A DNA stretch of 61,451 nt, the filler included, from Dugesia japonica (Eukaryota), in the NCBI GenBank assembly GCA_001938525.1. It is 5 parts of 5 records of this genome, joined end to end, with 100 filler letters (N's around TTAATTAATTAA, not from the genome) between each part and the next. Parts side by side here need not be neighbours in the genome. Positions count along the whole stretch, not along the records: positions 12,507 to 26,014 come from MQRL01285676.1; positions 26,115 to 42,336 come from MQRL01594309.1; 3 more parts are not named here. One strand, written 5' to 3'. Below the pieces are notes generated by a model, which saw only the letters and a list, made by a program, of their open reading frames with translations, made no database searches and was not told the origin of the DNA. Positions 25,878 to 37,335 of the stretch are shown one piece after another; the stretch's first letter is position 1; each line of letters starts with the position of its first letter. Made by a program: the position numbers and the translations under genes.

Positions 25878-26014
25878 AGTAGATATATAGTGGCGGACGT
25901 AGCCAGCACACATTCAGCGAACCTCCCCCCGACGTAATCAGATTATTACATAACTGTTTTTAAATTTTTCTAATGTAAATAGGTGGCGGCACACATTTGT
26001 GTGCGTTACATAAT
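25878..26014 (+). mobile_element. putative Polinton-type terminus
   Basis: AGTAGATATATAGTGGCGG...CACACATTCAGC...CCCCCCGACG, homologous to 11889ff. Confidence 0.45.
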
Positions 26015-27041
26015 NNNNNNNNNNNNNNNNNNNNNNNNNNNNNNNNNNNNNNNNNNNNTTAATTAATTAANNNNNNNNNNNNNNNNNNNNNNNNNNNNNN
26101 NNNNNNNNNNNNNNTTTAAATTATCAATTTCATTTTATTGAATTGAAGTTTTATTTACAGCTCTGACAATATTTTAAATATTTATGTTACAGACTTCTCT
26201 TTTCATCATCAAATTTCTATATAAAAAATGTTACAAAGAAAATTTGAATATCCAACTAATCTATTTTATATATTTACAATAAAGAACAAGAAATTTTTGG
26301 AAATCTAATATATAACACTACATTAATAGAATTGTTATTAATTAAATATTTAACATTAAATGATTATAAATAATTGACGTTTTTAGTATTTAACACTTTT
26401 AAAACTTTTAATATTTAAAATTCATGAAAATATTAAATCGAGTTAAATAAATAAAATTTCCTTTGCAGTATTATGTTGAAAAATCTTAAGTACTAATCAT
26501 CGTGAGAGATCCGACCTACTAAAATATTAAAACANAAAAATATACTAGCAAAAATCGACGATAATAAAAGTAATTATTAAAATTTTAAAAAAATAATGAA
26601 AATGAAACAATCACGAAAATAATCTAGTTTTAAAAGTTTCATTTTTCCACAGGATTGTACAAAGAAATTTTTTAAAATTTAAAAAAAATACAGATATTAT
26701 ACAGTGTCTATCGATTATATATTTTTGTCATTACTGCATATTATTTAATTTTTCCATTTTATAGAGGAACATAATTATTGCAATAAAATGCCATGTCTTA
26801 GAAGAAACATTCAGAAATGTTTTCAATGAATAATTCAGATATAGGTAATATGAAATTTAAAAAGAACACTTTAGTTGGTGGTTAAAAATAACTAGTAGAG
26901 AATATGAAATCGCAAATCTGTATGGATAGAATAGATAGATGGATAGATAGCTATAATTTCCTAAAATAGATTATGTACTATANNNNNNNNNNNNNNNNNN
27001 NNNNNNNNNNNNNNNNNNNNNNNNNNNNNNNNNNNNNNNNN

Positions 27042-27774
27042 GATGAGTTTGGATTGAAGCCTCTACGATTCATTTCATTACCAGAATTGAGTTGATCAAA
27101 TGCTCTCAAGTTAATGGATAAGCCAAAAGAATTACTACAGGATGCAGAAATGCATTATCTATTTGAATTAATAATTCATGGAGAAATGGCGTTTGTGTAC
27201 AAGCAATACTTTCGGGCAGATGAAAATACCTCACTATTTTACATTCATGTTACTAACTTATGTGTTTAGGCTTTAACACAGCCTTTATCATATAAAGAAT
27301 TTGATTTTATATTGGAAAGATCAAATTGACGAAACATACCGAAAGATGATAGTCAACAATAACAATAAAGAAATTAGATACCTTCTTAAAATTGATCTTG
27401 AAATACTTATCCAACATCGTGATAGATTAGATCAATTACTTCTGGCATCAGAACACGAATGTTTTTCTGGATTAAAATTAAAGAAGTTGCTTCTGACACA
27501 CGAACCATAAGACATTATGTTGTACATTAGCGATTATTAGAATTGTATATAAAGCTCATATGACTGCAGTGCATAGAATAGTACAGTTCAAATAAACGAA
27601 AAGATTTTCCAATTATTTTAATGCAAATTCTGTGACAGAAGCGGAATCAGAAACCAAATTTGAATAAGACTTTGACAAACTATAAAACAGGGGAGAATTT
27701 GAAGAAGTGCATTAATTTCCGGCTATGTAATAACGAGAAGAAATTTATAACTTGCATCAATCAATCTTACTTCA
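27042..27774 (+). pseudogene. protein-primed family B DNA polymerase (Polinton/adintovirus type), 5' part
   Basis: FGLKPLRFISLPELS*SNALK, SLFYIHVTNLCV*ALTQPL (degenerate YxDxNxLY..AM.QPLP), YLLKIDLE, KKLLLTH, FE*DFDKL, NNEKKFITCINQSYF. Confidence 0.85.
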
Positions 27775-27889
27775 GTCCTTCTTCGATGTCCATTATTTTC
27801 TTGAATATAAATTTATTGATGTAAAAACTCAAACTATAATGGTAATTCTTTAAATAAATAATAGAACACCATATTTTAAAATATTTATT

Positions 27890-27934
27890 AAATGCGATCA
27901 ATTTCGATGGAATAACCGTCATCATCAGGCAATT
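27890..27934 (-). ncRNA. hammerhead ribozyme (PLE pLTR), one stem II mismatch
   Basis: Minus strand: AAUUGC-CUGAUGA-U-GACGG(UUAUU)CCAUC-GAAA-UUGA-UC-GCAUU. Confidence 0.75.
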
Positions 27935-29208
27935 AAAGAATGTTAAAACAAACTATTTGCAAAGTTTAAATGATTATATAATGTCAATTATGCAATATCA
28001 ATAAATTTTCAATAAAATAATTTTGAGAGAGATGTTGAATCCGTCAACTGAACATTAATTTTAGAATTTAATGCACTTATCAACAAAACTTCACACATCA
28101 CTCTCTCCCAATAATTATTAAATCCACTGCACAANATTTTAAAATCATAAAACCCTATTGATTTTATACATTTTCTTCGATGCTCAACAATATTACTATT
28201 TCCACTATTTCAACTATAATCCTGTAATCTTGCGCAGAGATGACGGGAAGTCTCTCCAATATATGTAACGTTACACCCATTGCATTTAAATTGACAGACC
28301 AGATCAGAGCACAAGCCTAAAGAGGTTATAGATTTATTTTTGAACATATTTATAACCTTATGAGGTTGAGATACAACCTTTATATTTAAAATATTCTTAA
28401 GAGCATTTTCAATCGCAAGTTTGATTTTTTTAAAGCCTTCAGAATAAGGTAAAGATAAAATAATTCTAAGATCTGTTTCTACAAAATCACATACATCAAC
28501 ACGCAACAAGTCACTACTTATTTCATTCAAAGTTTCATAAACTAATTTGTCCGTAAATAATTTAGAATACCCATTATTATGAAGTAAGTCAATTAACTTA
28601 TTTAGACTCTTGTCTAATTTGATAAAAGTACAAGAGAGAGACTATGAACGACGAATTAGTGCTTTAATCATATTACTTTTATATTTTATGTCACAAAAAC
28701 TTGCAGGATTTGTAAACAAATCGGTATCAGTTTTNTTTCTATGTATTTCTGTTTCAAAGGAGGTATTCTTTCTTTCAATAAGCAAATCAAGAAATGGAAT
28801 AATTGAATTGATCTCTTCTTCAACTGTAAAGCCTATATTTGGATTCATGTTATTCATATACTCTAAAAACGAATGTTATTGAGAACGACTTTCAAAAACT
28901 AGAAAAATGTCATTGACATAGCATTTATAATTTAAAGGTTTAACAGAAGAATAATAATAATTAACTTCTGTTAAATCTTTAATGTATAAACGTTTTGTAC
29001 TAGTAGATGACATGTTTCTTGTTTTTGAAAGTCATTCTCAAGTACATCCGTTTTTGGAGTATATGAATAATTTGCATTCAAATATAGGCTTTCAGTTGAC
29101 GGATTCAAAATCTCTCTTAAAATGATTTTATTGATTATTGATTGAGATTACATAATTGAAATTATACAATCATTTAGACTTTGTAAATAGTTTGTTTTAA
29201 TATTCTTT

Positions 29209-29252
29209 AATTGCCTGATGATGACGGTAATTCCGTCGAAATTGATCGCATC
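29209..29252 (+). ncRNA. hammerhead ribozyme (PLE pLTR), intact core
   Basis: UGC-CUGAUGA-U-GACGG(UAAUU)CCGUC-GAAA-U(UG)A-UC-GCA: complete catalytic core, 5-bp stem II, minimal stem III, AUC cleavage triplet. Confidence 0.85.
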
Positions 29253-29337
29253 TAATAAATATTTTAAAATATGGTGTTCTATTATTTATTTAAAGAATTA
29301 CCATTATAGTTTGAGTTTTTACATCAATAAATTTATA

Positions 29338-30010
29338 TTCAAGAAAACAATGAACATAGCAGAAGAACTGAAGTCTGTATTGCTGGATAAATACAGTATA
29401 TGCTTGAATAAATCGAAGTATGTTGGCCAGGTTGTACTAGATTTTAGTAAACTGCAAATGTAACAACTCTAATATGAAGAACTTTTAAGATATCGATATC
29501 AGTTTCATTGCAAAAATTTATATAATTGTGAGGATACTGACAGTTGGTTTTTTTGTGTACCAGAGTAGATAAAACCCAACTCTTGTCTCAGATGAAATTC
29601 GACGGTCTGCTAGACACAAGCAATTATTGAAAAGATCATTCACTCTCTATTTCATCAATTTGGCCAATAGAATTGGATTATTTAAAGATGAAGGACAACA
29701 TAAAGATTTTACTGAATGGGTATTCCTATGGCCAAAATGTTTAGTTTGAAGAAAGAAGATGCTAGTACAATAATGAAGGCAAACAAAATCATTTTAAAAC
29801 AAAACAATCATCAAAACTATTTGAATGCGTTCAATAAAAATGGATAACAAGAAGAAAAAGAATCAAACAATGTAATGCAGACTAGCTTCCGATCAATAAA
29901 TCATCAAGTTTAGAGAATAGAGAGTAAGAAATGTATTTTGTCATGTCTTGATGATAAGAACTTTTGGAGTGGAAAAAATACTACCATATCCTATGGCCAA
30001 TATAAAATTA
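29338..30010 (+). pseudogene. protein-primed family B DNA polymerase, 3' part
   Basis: FKKTMNIAEELKSVLLDKYSICLNKSKYVGQVVLDFSKLQM, DTDS, LDTSNY, IGLFKDE, FRSINHQV, LSCLDDK...SYGQYKI. Confidence 0.88.
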
Positions 30011-30379
30011 ATAATTCAATAATAAGTATAAAATCGCTGTTTTAATGAGTTGAATTGAATACCGATTAGATACAATGGCTCGAATTAACGTTATGAGTTG
30101 TTTTAATAAATTACGAGAACTACATTTAGAAAGTAATGATGAAAGATTGCGTTATGGAAATGATAGTACACTTGAAATTGTTGGGGAAGTTAGATAATTG
30201 ATGGCAAGATAATTTCTTAGTTTGCCGAAAGAGTGACACCAGATCTGATAGGAGAAATAGATATGCAGAAGATTTTTTGAGTTATACAAAAAGTCAATAG
30301 CAAAATGGATGAAAAGGTTGAAAATTACGTTTGTAATATTAAACCATAATTTGGAAGACATGTTTAAAAGGGGGAGCGA

Positions 30380-30541
30380 TTGACAAGAACCCTAAATACT
30401 TTAAAGATTAAAGACGATCAACGGTTATTGAAAGTAAAGATGTAGGATGCACACATCTGACAAATCATAAAATAATCAAAAGTGGTGAACCAATCAATCT
30501 AAAACCGTACAGTCAACCAATGACCTTAGAAACTAAAATAT
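30380..30541 (+). mobile_element. Ty3/Gypsy pre-RT fragment
   Basis: DVGCTHLTNHKIIKSGEPINLKPYSQPMTLETKI, homologous to the equivalent region of the elements at ~11000 and ~19230. Confidence 0.7.
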
Positions 30542-30845
30542 AACGCATTTATCGGAAGTACAGAAGCAAACATTTATCAAGATATTATATAATTTGGGAA
30601 AATACTGCTATTTATAATAAAACTTATAACTCCGGATAAAACCGGAAAATTTAGAATCTGATAAATCTAATCAAATCTAATCTAATTAAGAATTAGTTAT
30701 ACTTTAAAAAATATTCTAGAGGTTGAATCTAGTGTTGTAGGTCTAAAGATACACATATCATTTTCAACCATATTTTACAGAATGTTCGAATCAGTAGTGT
30801 TTTGGTTTGCCTTATTAATTGATTGATTTTATTTTTTTATTTTAG

Positions 30846-30945
30846 AGTTATTGGCACTTTATCTAATTTCAAGGAATTCGCTGAGGCATTCAACTGCCCA
30901 AAAGGCTCCAACATGAATCCTACAGACAAATGTATGGTGTGGTAA
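30846..30945 (+). CDS. terminal coding exon of an M13-family metallopeptidase (neprilysin/endothelin-converting enzyme-like)
   Basis: T-rich tract and tttag acceptor, then (R)[32 protein letters not shown], with the diagnostic M13 C-terminus C..GS.MNP..KC.VW. AATAAA at 31141. Confidence 0.93.
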
Positions 30946-31359
30946 AATTATCACATGATTTCTATCCACGAGCATTGTATATACTCTTACAAATGAATGT
31001 TTTTGTTGTAACAATTTAAAATAATTCATTTATTGTCATCATCTGCTATTGTGCGGAATCAGGAAGTATCACTGATGTTATAATCTTATATCATTTGTTA
31101 ATTTATTAATATTGAAACTTATATACATTATTATTTGTTTAATAAACATATTTAAGTTGGATATTATTACGTTTTGTTCTCATTGTAAATGGAATATTTT
31201 TCTCACCAGTTGATTATTTCAAACTTTGCTCGAGAATTTGATTTGAATATATATATTTTATATACTTTAATTTTTAATAGATAGTTTTGATTATAATTTT
31301 ATTCAGAAATACGTATCTATAAAAAGATCTGTTTAAACAAATAAAACACAAGTGCGTAT

Positions 31360-31600
31360 GTGAATGACGATTGAAAATTTGGCAAATCCAAATGTTAATT
31401 AACATATATGATTATTGTATTGAGTATGAGTAATAATCGATTAATTGAAAAATCCGAAAATAATTGCATGTGTTATGTTATATATTATTACGAATTCTAT
31501 GAGTTTGTTTGTTGAAAAATGAGTATAAATACCAAATAAAATTTGTAAAAAATCAAAAATATAATTTGTGTTTAGAAAGCAAACTAATTTTGCAAGTTTT
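31360..31600 (+). repeat. dispersed repeat shared with ~59160-59400
   Basis: Shared GAAAA(A)TCC.AA..AA.TTGCATGTGTT.TATGTTATATATT...GAGTTTGT..TT.AAAAAT.AGTA.AAAT. Confidence 0.65.
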
Positions 31601-32029
31601 TACCGAAGAAAAATTATTTAATTCATGTTATAAGTATAAAAATTTGTACTATATTATTGATCATTTTCACTACAAATTTAACCAAATTATTTGTCATGCA
31701 ATAAATTGCTTCTTATCTCATTAACTGCTCTAATGAAAAAAATGTAGTGAAGTACGCAAGCGTTCATTCGGGTTTTTTGCAACCAAATGCTAACGATGAA
31801 CAATATAATGTATTGCGCGTAAATTTGGTACTACTACTTGTAAAAAAATTTTTATAATTTGTTTCTGTTATTTATATTTTACAAATTTTTATAAACTTTA
31901 GTAACTTTGCATTTCAATATATACAAGAACTCCAAGTGTTCCTAAAACTGAAGGCCTGTAAATTTCTATGTCACAAAATTAATTAATTAGAATAACATTA
32001 GTAAATAATAATATTAGTAAACATTAACA

Positions 32030-32408
32030 TTAATAATATAATACATGGACAAAAAGTGTTACAATGGTGCAAAGAAAATTTCATAATGAATTTGGACGAG
32101 ACAGCACTTATAAATGGCACGCCGCTTTAATGGAATTGAATAGTTGAGGCTTTCAGTGAGATTACCGCAGAAATTACAAAGAAAAGTATTCTGGAATATC
32201 GTCACCACTTGTTTCAAGTTTCAAAAAATGGTGGAGATCATGAGGAGATTTATAAGTTCTAAAATATTTATGTTGTTGATATGGAAAATAAACAATTTAA
32301 ACATACTTGTTCCTTCTTGCTACTGCAAAGATTTGGTGATACTTTAGCAAAATATTATGATTTCTAAGACCACGCAAACTTTTCGATAGATGATTGGGAC
32401 ACCCTGTA
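32030..32408 (+). mobile_element. Tc1/mariner-type deleted element
   Basis: YTWTKSVTMVQRKFHNEF (HTH start typical of this group) and right terminus TTGGGACACCCTG-TA. Confidence 0.55.
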
Positions 32409-32517
32409 TTTTAATGTTATATTAAATAAATGTATAAAGATTGTTACTCAGTATTTATATAGAAAATAAACCACGTATCTTCTACTTCGAACTCTCGCTA
32501 TAGATTAGTCTTATCTT

Positions 32518-32620
32518 ATTGCAATAATTGCGAGAATAATTGTTAGACATAACCATTGATCGTTTTACAGAATTCATTAAAATAAAAGGTTCGATCAAAA
32601 AAATTCGATCTTTTTTTCAT
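32518..32620. mobile_element. truncated copy of the hammerhead fold-back family
   Basis: TTGCGAGAATAATTGTTAGACATAACCATTGATCGTTTT...TTCGATCAAAA. Confidence 0.75.
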
Positions 32621-33477
32621 TTATTTTAATCGGAACAAATTTTTTTACACTTGAATCCTAGGCGCAACAAAAATTTGGTAGATTTTCAGTTTTACATAAA
32701 ATGTTTGCATTACAAATTGTGAGCTTAGTGAAATAATTCTTCTTTTTTGTTATCTTAAAGTATCCAAAATTTAATAGACAAGAATATACAAAATAAATGA
32801 ATCGACAAATGTAAGTAGATAATTATTGTCATTTAACTAAGCTAATTACTTGATAAAATATAAATTTCAATTGATAGCATATTGATCATTTATATAATAC
32901 TTTATTGATCGTATTTTGATTATTGTATTAATAATAAACTTTTAATCATTTAAATTTTATTTGAACTGATAGATGTCTATTGAATTTCAATTGACAAATA
33001 TTAAATGACATTCACCTAGTTCTCTGTATATAGAATAAGTTTTACCTGATATTTCACTGGAAATTATTGAATAATGTGTCTTCCTTTTCCGTTTTCATTG
33101 AGAAATATTTTAGATAATTTACTTAGTTGTTTTGTATTTTTAGCTGTTTTCTTTCAGACATCAACAGAAACATTTAATATGATTTATGTAAGTATTTAGT
33201 CCTAATGATTAATTTTACCGAATTATTTTGTATTCTTTTCAAACAAAAAAAACAATTCAATTACATGTATTTATGCACATGCGTAGAATTGAATTAAACT
33301 AATACATCAATTTAATTTTAACAAATTAATTTATCTAAATATCTAATATTTAAAATATATATTTAAAATTTATCAAATTTAATTATTGAATGGAAAATAT
33401 ATAGTTTTCCGGAAACTAATGCACGTTTTGTAGTTATATCAACCAGTTTAAATCGTAGTATACAATTATGTTAAAAT

Positions 33478-34135
33478 GGTTACATGACATTTGATCCCTG
33501 TCAATGAATTCCTTGGACAGTTTATCCCTTGGATTCTATTTTATTAGAGCACGATGAACAGTTGAACATTTTTTAATAAATTAATAAAAATATGTATTGA
33601 TTTTTACTTTTAATAATAACTTATGATAAGAACTACGAAATTTAACATAAATATATTTTTTATTCATATGATCGTAGATATATTTATAAAAACTTTTGAT
33701 CTCGAGAACATTTTAAAATACCATCTGAAAATATCCAGAGTTGGATGATGACTATAGAATAAATATTGCAATCCGTTATGCCAACCATCTGCAATATTAA
33801 TGGTTCTAGCCATTCCATTTTCAGCTGCATCACATTTATTCTACATTTTCATGGGAAATTGTGCTGGTTTTTTAAAATTTTGAAATTCTGTATTTGGCAT
33901 AAAAATTTTTTTATACGAGTTCTCTCAATATTCTACGAATGCTTTGTGTAAGATGCAAATAACAGCTAGTAACAGATGCATTTTCCAATCTAGTTTTAAA
34001 CTCTCGTAGTGCATCATTTTCAAAGTCAGCAAAAATTTGCTAAGGACTTGCATTTTCTATTAAGCTATTAGAATAGAATCCAAAGTATCAACTGTTCGAG
34101 GGACCAAATTGACAGTGATCAAATGTCGGAAGACC
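33478..34135 (-). mobile_element. non-autonomous MULE (Mutator-like) element with ~70-bp TIRs
   Basis: TIRs GACATTTGATC.CTGTCAAT...TTGGATTCTATT at both ends. Internal QIFADFENDALREFKTRLENASVTSCYLHLTQSIRR (MULE DFE...CxxH). No clear TSD. Confidence 0.8.
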
Positions 34136-34379
34136 AAAAATTGCGTCACCATTTGATTGATTCATTGTGCGCTCCATTAAAAAATCATTGAAGATTTTCA
34201 CAATATAAAAGAGAAAAATTATGTAATAAATATAATTTTCTACTAGCAATATTTTGTTGTACAACTTTTAATTTGACAAATTAACAAGTTTATCTTTTTG
34301 GATAGTTTAATATCCATACGTATAAATAAAAAACGTTAAAAGTTTTACATAAAATATATAACATGGGAATTTTTGTTAC

Positions 34380-34717
34380 GGCAGCATTGAAATGACCAAC
34401 CTTTTCACAGATTTCAATTAATCTTGTTTAGTAGTGAACAACGCAATTATTGTTAAAACATCACCAATATCTAGTCTCAATTCTGAAAAAGGCGTAAAAT
34501 TTCTCACAGCAAAGCGCTGTTCAAAGGTTTTACACCAATATCTGACATCAATTGTCTTTGTTGATTCACTACGGCTGGTAAAGTGAGTTCTACATTTTGG
34601 ACATTCAACATGATCATTAATTATTCCCAAAGCTTTCATAATAGACACTTTTGATTTGCAATCACGTTTCATTCTGCTAATAACTTCATTAAATTGGAAT
34701 TGATGTAACATAATCAT
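34380..34717 (-). mobile_element. Merlin/IS1595(ISXO2)-like transposase N-terminal remnant
   Basis: LGII...ECPKC...RYWC....FAVRNFTPFSELRLDIGDVLTII fits the Merlin N-terminal Zn-ribbon pattern. Confidence 0.55.
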
Positions 34718-35109
34718 TTATTTTTAAATATTAAAAAAATTTTAATGCTAATGTCTATTCTTAATTTTTATACATTAAATACTTTAAAATATTTTGTTAT
34801 TTTTGTTCATTTGTTGTTGTTTTTTTTAGTTAAATGTAATTAAATTAAATTTTTTAGTTGGACTAATAGACAAATGATAGTTAATTTAAATAAACTCCAT
34901 TAATAAAATTAAACCAGAATTTTTACTATTGCTAATGAATCAATACCAGTAATAGAATACAGAGATAAATAAACAAAATAAAATGAGCATTTTTATATGT
35001 CGTTGATATAAATAATATTAAATGGAATAGTAGTATCTGAAAAAATGTGGCCGGCAAAGCAAGATTAACTTCTAAGATTTTACTTAAGTAACTTTACGTG
35101 AATATTTGT

Positions 35110-35940
35110 TTTCTTTAGTAAAGAAATCATAAAGTATGTCACGATAATTTTTAAAATTTGTTACCCCATTCCCTCATTGTTGTTACAATTTCTAGCAAAT
35201 CGCTGATCCCCTTTGAAAGTACATCACACTCTGGAACTAAAAAATTATTTTAAAAATAAGCCACGCATTAAAATTAAATCTAAAGCAATATACGCTAATG
35301 ATATAGTGAATGTGTTTTGAAAAGCGAGTTGAAATTTTTGTGTGATTGGTGATCATATTTTTAAAAAATCTTTTTTTTCAAAAAGTACTTAAATTATAGA
35401 TAAAAAATTTCAATAACGAATATTTTCTTTTAAATTTTGAATGACAATTAAGAAATAAATTAAAATTTTCACTGAACAAAAATTTGTTTTAATAATAAAT
35501 TAAAATTTTCGAATAAATGAATANNNNNNNNNNNNNNNNNNNNNNNNNNNNNNNNNNNNNNNNNNNNNNNNNNNNNNNNNNNNNNNNNNNNNNNNNNNNN
35601 NNNNNAATAGATGATCACCAATTAAAACATGGGATTTTAATTTGTTTGAATAAACAAATAATAATGTTAAAGTTTGTTTTTGAATAAATTTTCCTATACA
35701 GTTGAATCTTGGTATTAATGATCCGACGACTACCCCCCAACACACATCTAACAGACATATTCTGCCAGAATACGTGCATCACAAAATAAAGTTAAACATC
35801 AATTTCAGGTTTTATATATATGATAAAAAAATTAAAATATCTGATGTCACATTTGATCGTTACCCGCCCTCCCTCATTTCACAAACTGTCACACTTTCTT
35901 AGACCCTTTCGTGAGCTTGCTGTAATTTATGGACGACCCC
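35110..35940. mobile_element. MITE, probably PIF/Harbinger-type
   Basis: Right end GTAATTTATGGACGACCCC, with a degenerate left counterpart CATAAAGTATGTCACG. Internal part (GTG.TTGGTGAT / ATGATCACCAATTAAAACATG) is shared with 640-880. Confidence 0.5.
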
Positions 35941-37253
35941 AAATGAGAAACATAGCTAGATTATTTCTAAGGTGTTTGGATTTAATCATGAATATGGTTT
36001 TTTTAAAAAAAATCTAATTAAGAAAATGTGGATATCTGACTAATTTCAAAAATTGAGATAATTTACATATGTTTAAAGAAGAAATCGACGCTTTTTACTG
36101 TTTTTAAAAATTTTATAATTTCTTTTCGAATTCAAATCAAATGATTTATCGTAGTAACAACAAATTCAAACAATGCTAAGGAAATTTGAGTAGAATCGAG
36201 GAAAAAATCATCAAAGAACAATGGAGAAATTGATTGAATTGAAATTTTTCCAGTCTATTTAACAATATTACAGAACAAGCTCGTCATGCAGTATAAGGAA
36301 AGTTGTTAAGCTTTAAGAATTACTGATGAGGCTGAGGAATAGATAAAAATATAATCTAATAGTCAGTTCAGTTATAAAGGTTTAGTTTCTATCGATATAG
36401 TAGTGGGGAAAAAGTAATCAAAAATGATACTAGGAAATAAAATGGCATTGAAAACCAAATCCGGAGAACAATGAGATTAATGATAAAATGTAAGAAATAA
36501 ATAAACAAAAAGCTATAAATAATGGAAATGGCAAAATAATCAATTATAGACTCCAAGATGAGTAATATAAACATCAGAGTGGTAAAAATGCTACAACTAT
36601 TAAACAATAAATTGAGAAAATAATTCTTCCTTTAGTGTCCATATAATAGATAATTAAATATTTCGGTGGATTTTAATATGACCCATCCAAAAGATTGAGG
36701 AAATATGAATAGGTTGTAAAACCTTTTTATATATTAATTTCCCCATTCCAAAACAAAAAAATTCANAAAATTTTATTAGCAATATTATTGTGTACTATCG
36801 ATTTTTATCATGCTATCAAAATAAATGAAGAAATTAGCGTTCAATAAAAACGTGTTTGCACTTATTTTTCGGAAATGCAACATCATATTCAGTTTATCGT
36901 GATTTATAGATTATAATATTGACTATCAATAAAACTGATACAGATAAATCGTGTTTCAACGAATTGAGAAAATAACATCAGAATGCATTAGATAGATGCA
37001 AATAAATCATCCAATAAATATTACTATTTCTAAACACGCCATTATTACTTGTCGGATTGATTGTTTGAACATACATACATATTTTGCACACAGTTTTTAA
37101 CGATCCATGTTTACGTTGTGTATTGGGTTTTAAAATGGAATTTTCGATTTATATTAATCGTCAGTTCATTGGCTACGCTTCAAGGTCATTCAAATGAAAA
37201 TTTATTTAGTTAATTGTTAATAACTTCACTTTTGTTATCATTTGTTTTGTAAT

Positions 37254-37335
37254 ATGGGGCAACGTGTTTCTAGGAGTGATTTTGAATGGGTTTATACTGA
37301 AGAACCTCATGCTACAAGAAGAAAACAAATACTTG
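37254..37335 (+). CDS. DEGS1: exon 1 of sphingolipid delta(4)-desaturase (DEGS1/DEGS2/ifc ortholog)
   Basis: [27 protein letters not shown] followed by a G|GTATGT donor. Matches the conserved DES N-terminus MGxxVSRxDFEWVYTxxPHAxRRxEIL. Confidence 0.95.

Larger units (their letters stand above)
27769..29374. mobile_element. palindromic (fold-back) Penelope-like element inserted in the PolB pseudogene
   Basis: Minus arm: RT end (PNIGFTVEEE..IPFLDLLI), NNGYS and GIY-YIG (CNGCNVTYIGETSRHL), plus pLTR with hammerhead. Inverted arm 28965-29374 has an internal deletion. Centre TTAACAGAAG...CTTCTGTTAA at ~28940-28976. Confidence 0.9.

Noticed and set aside
36320-36360. CTGATGAGGCT...AAAATATA hammerhead-like core
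   Set aside because: Stem II and the GAAA box are not intact, so it is too degenerate to call.
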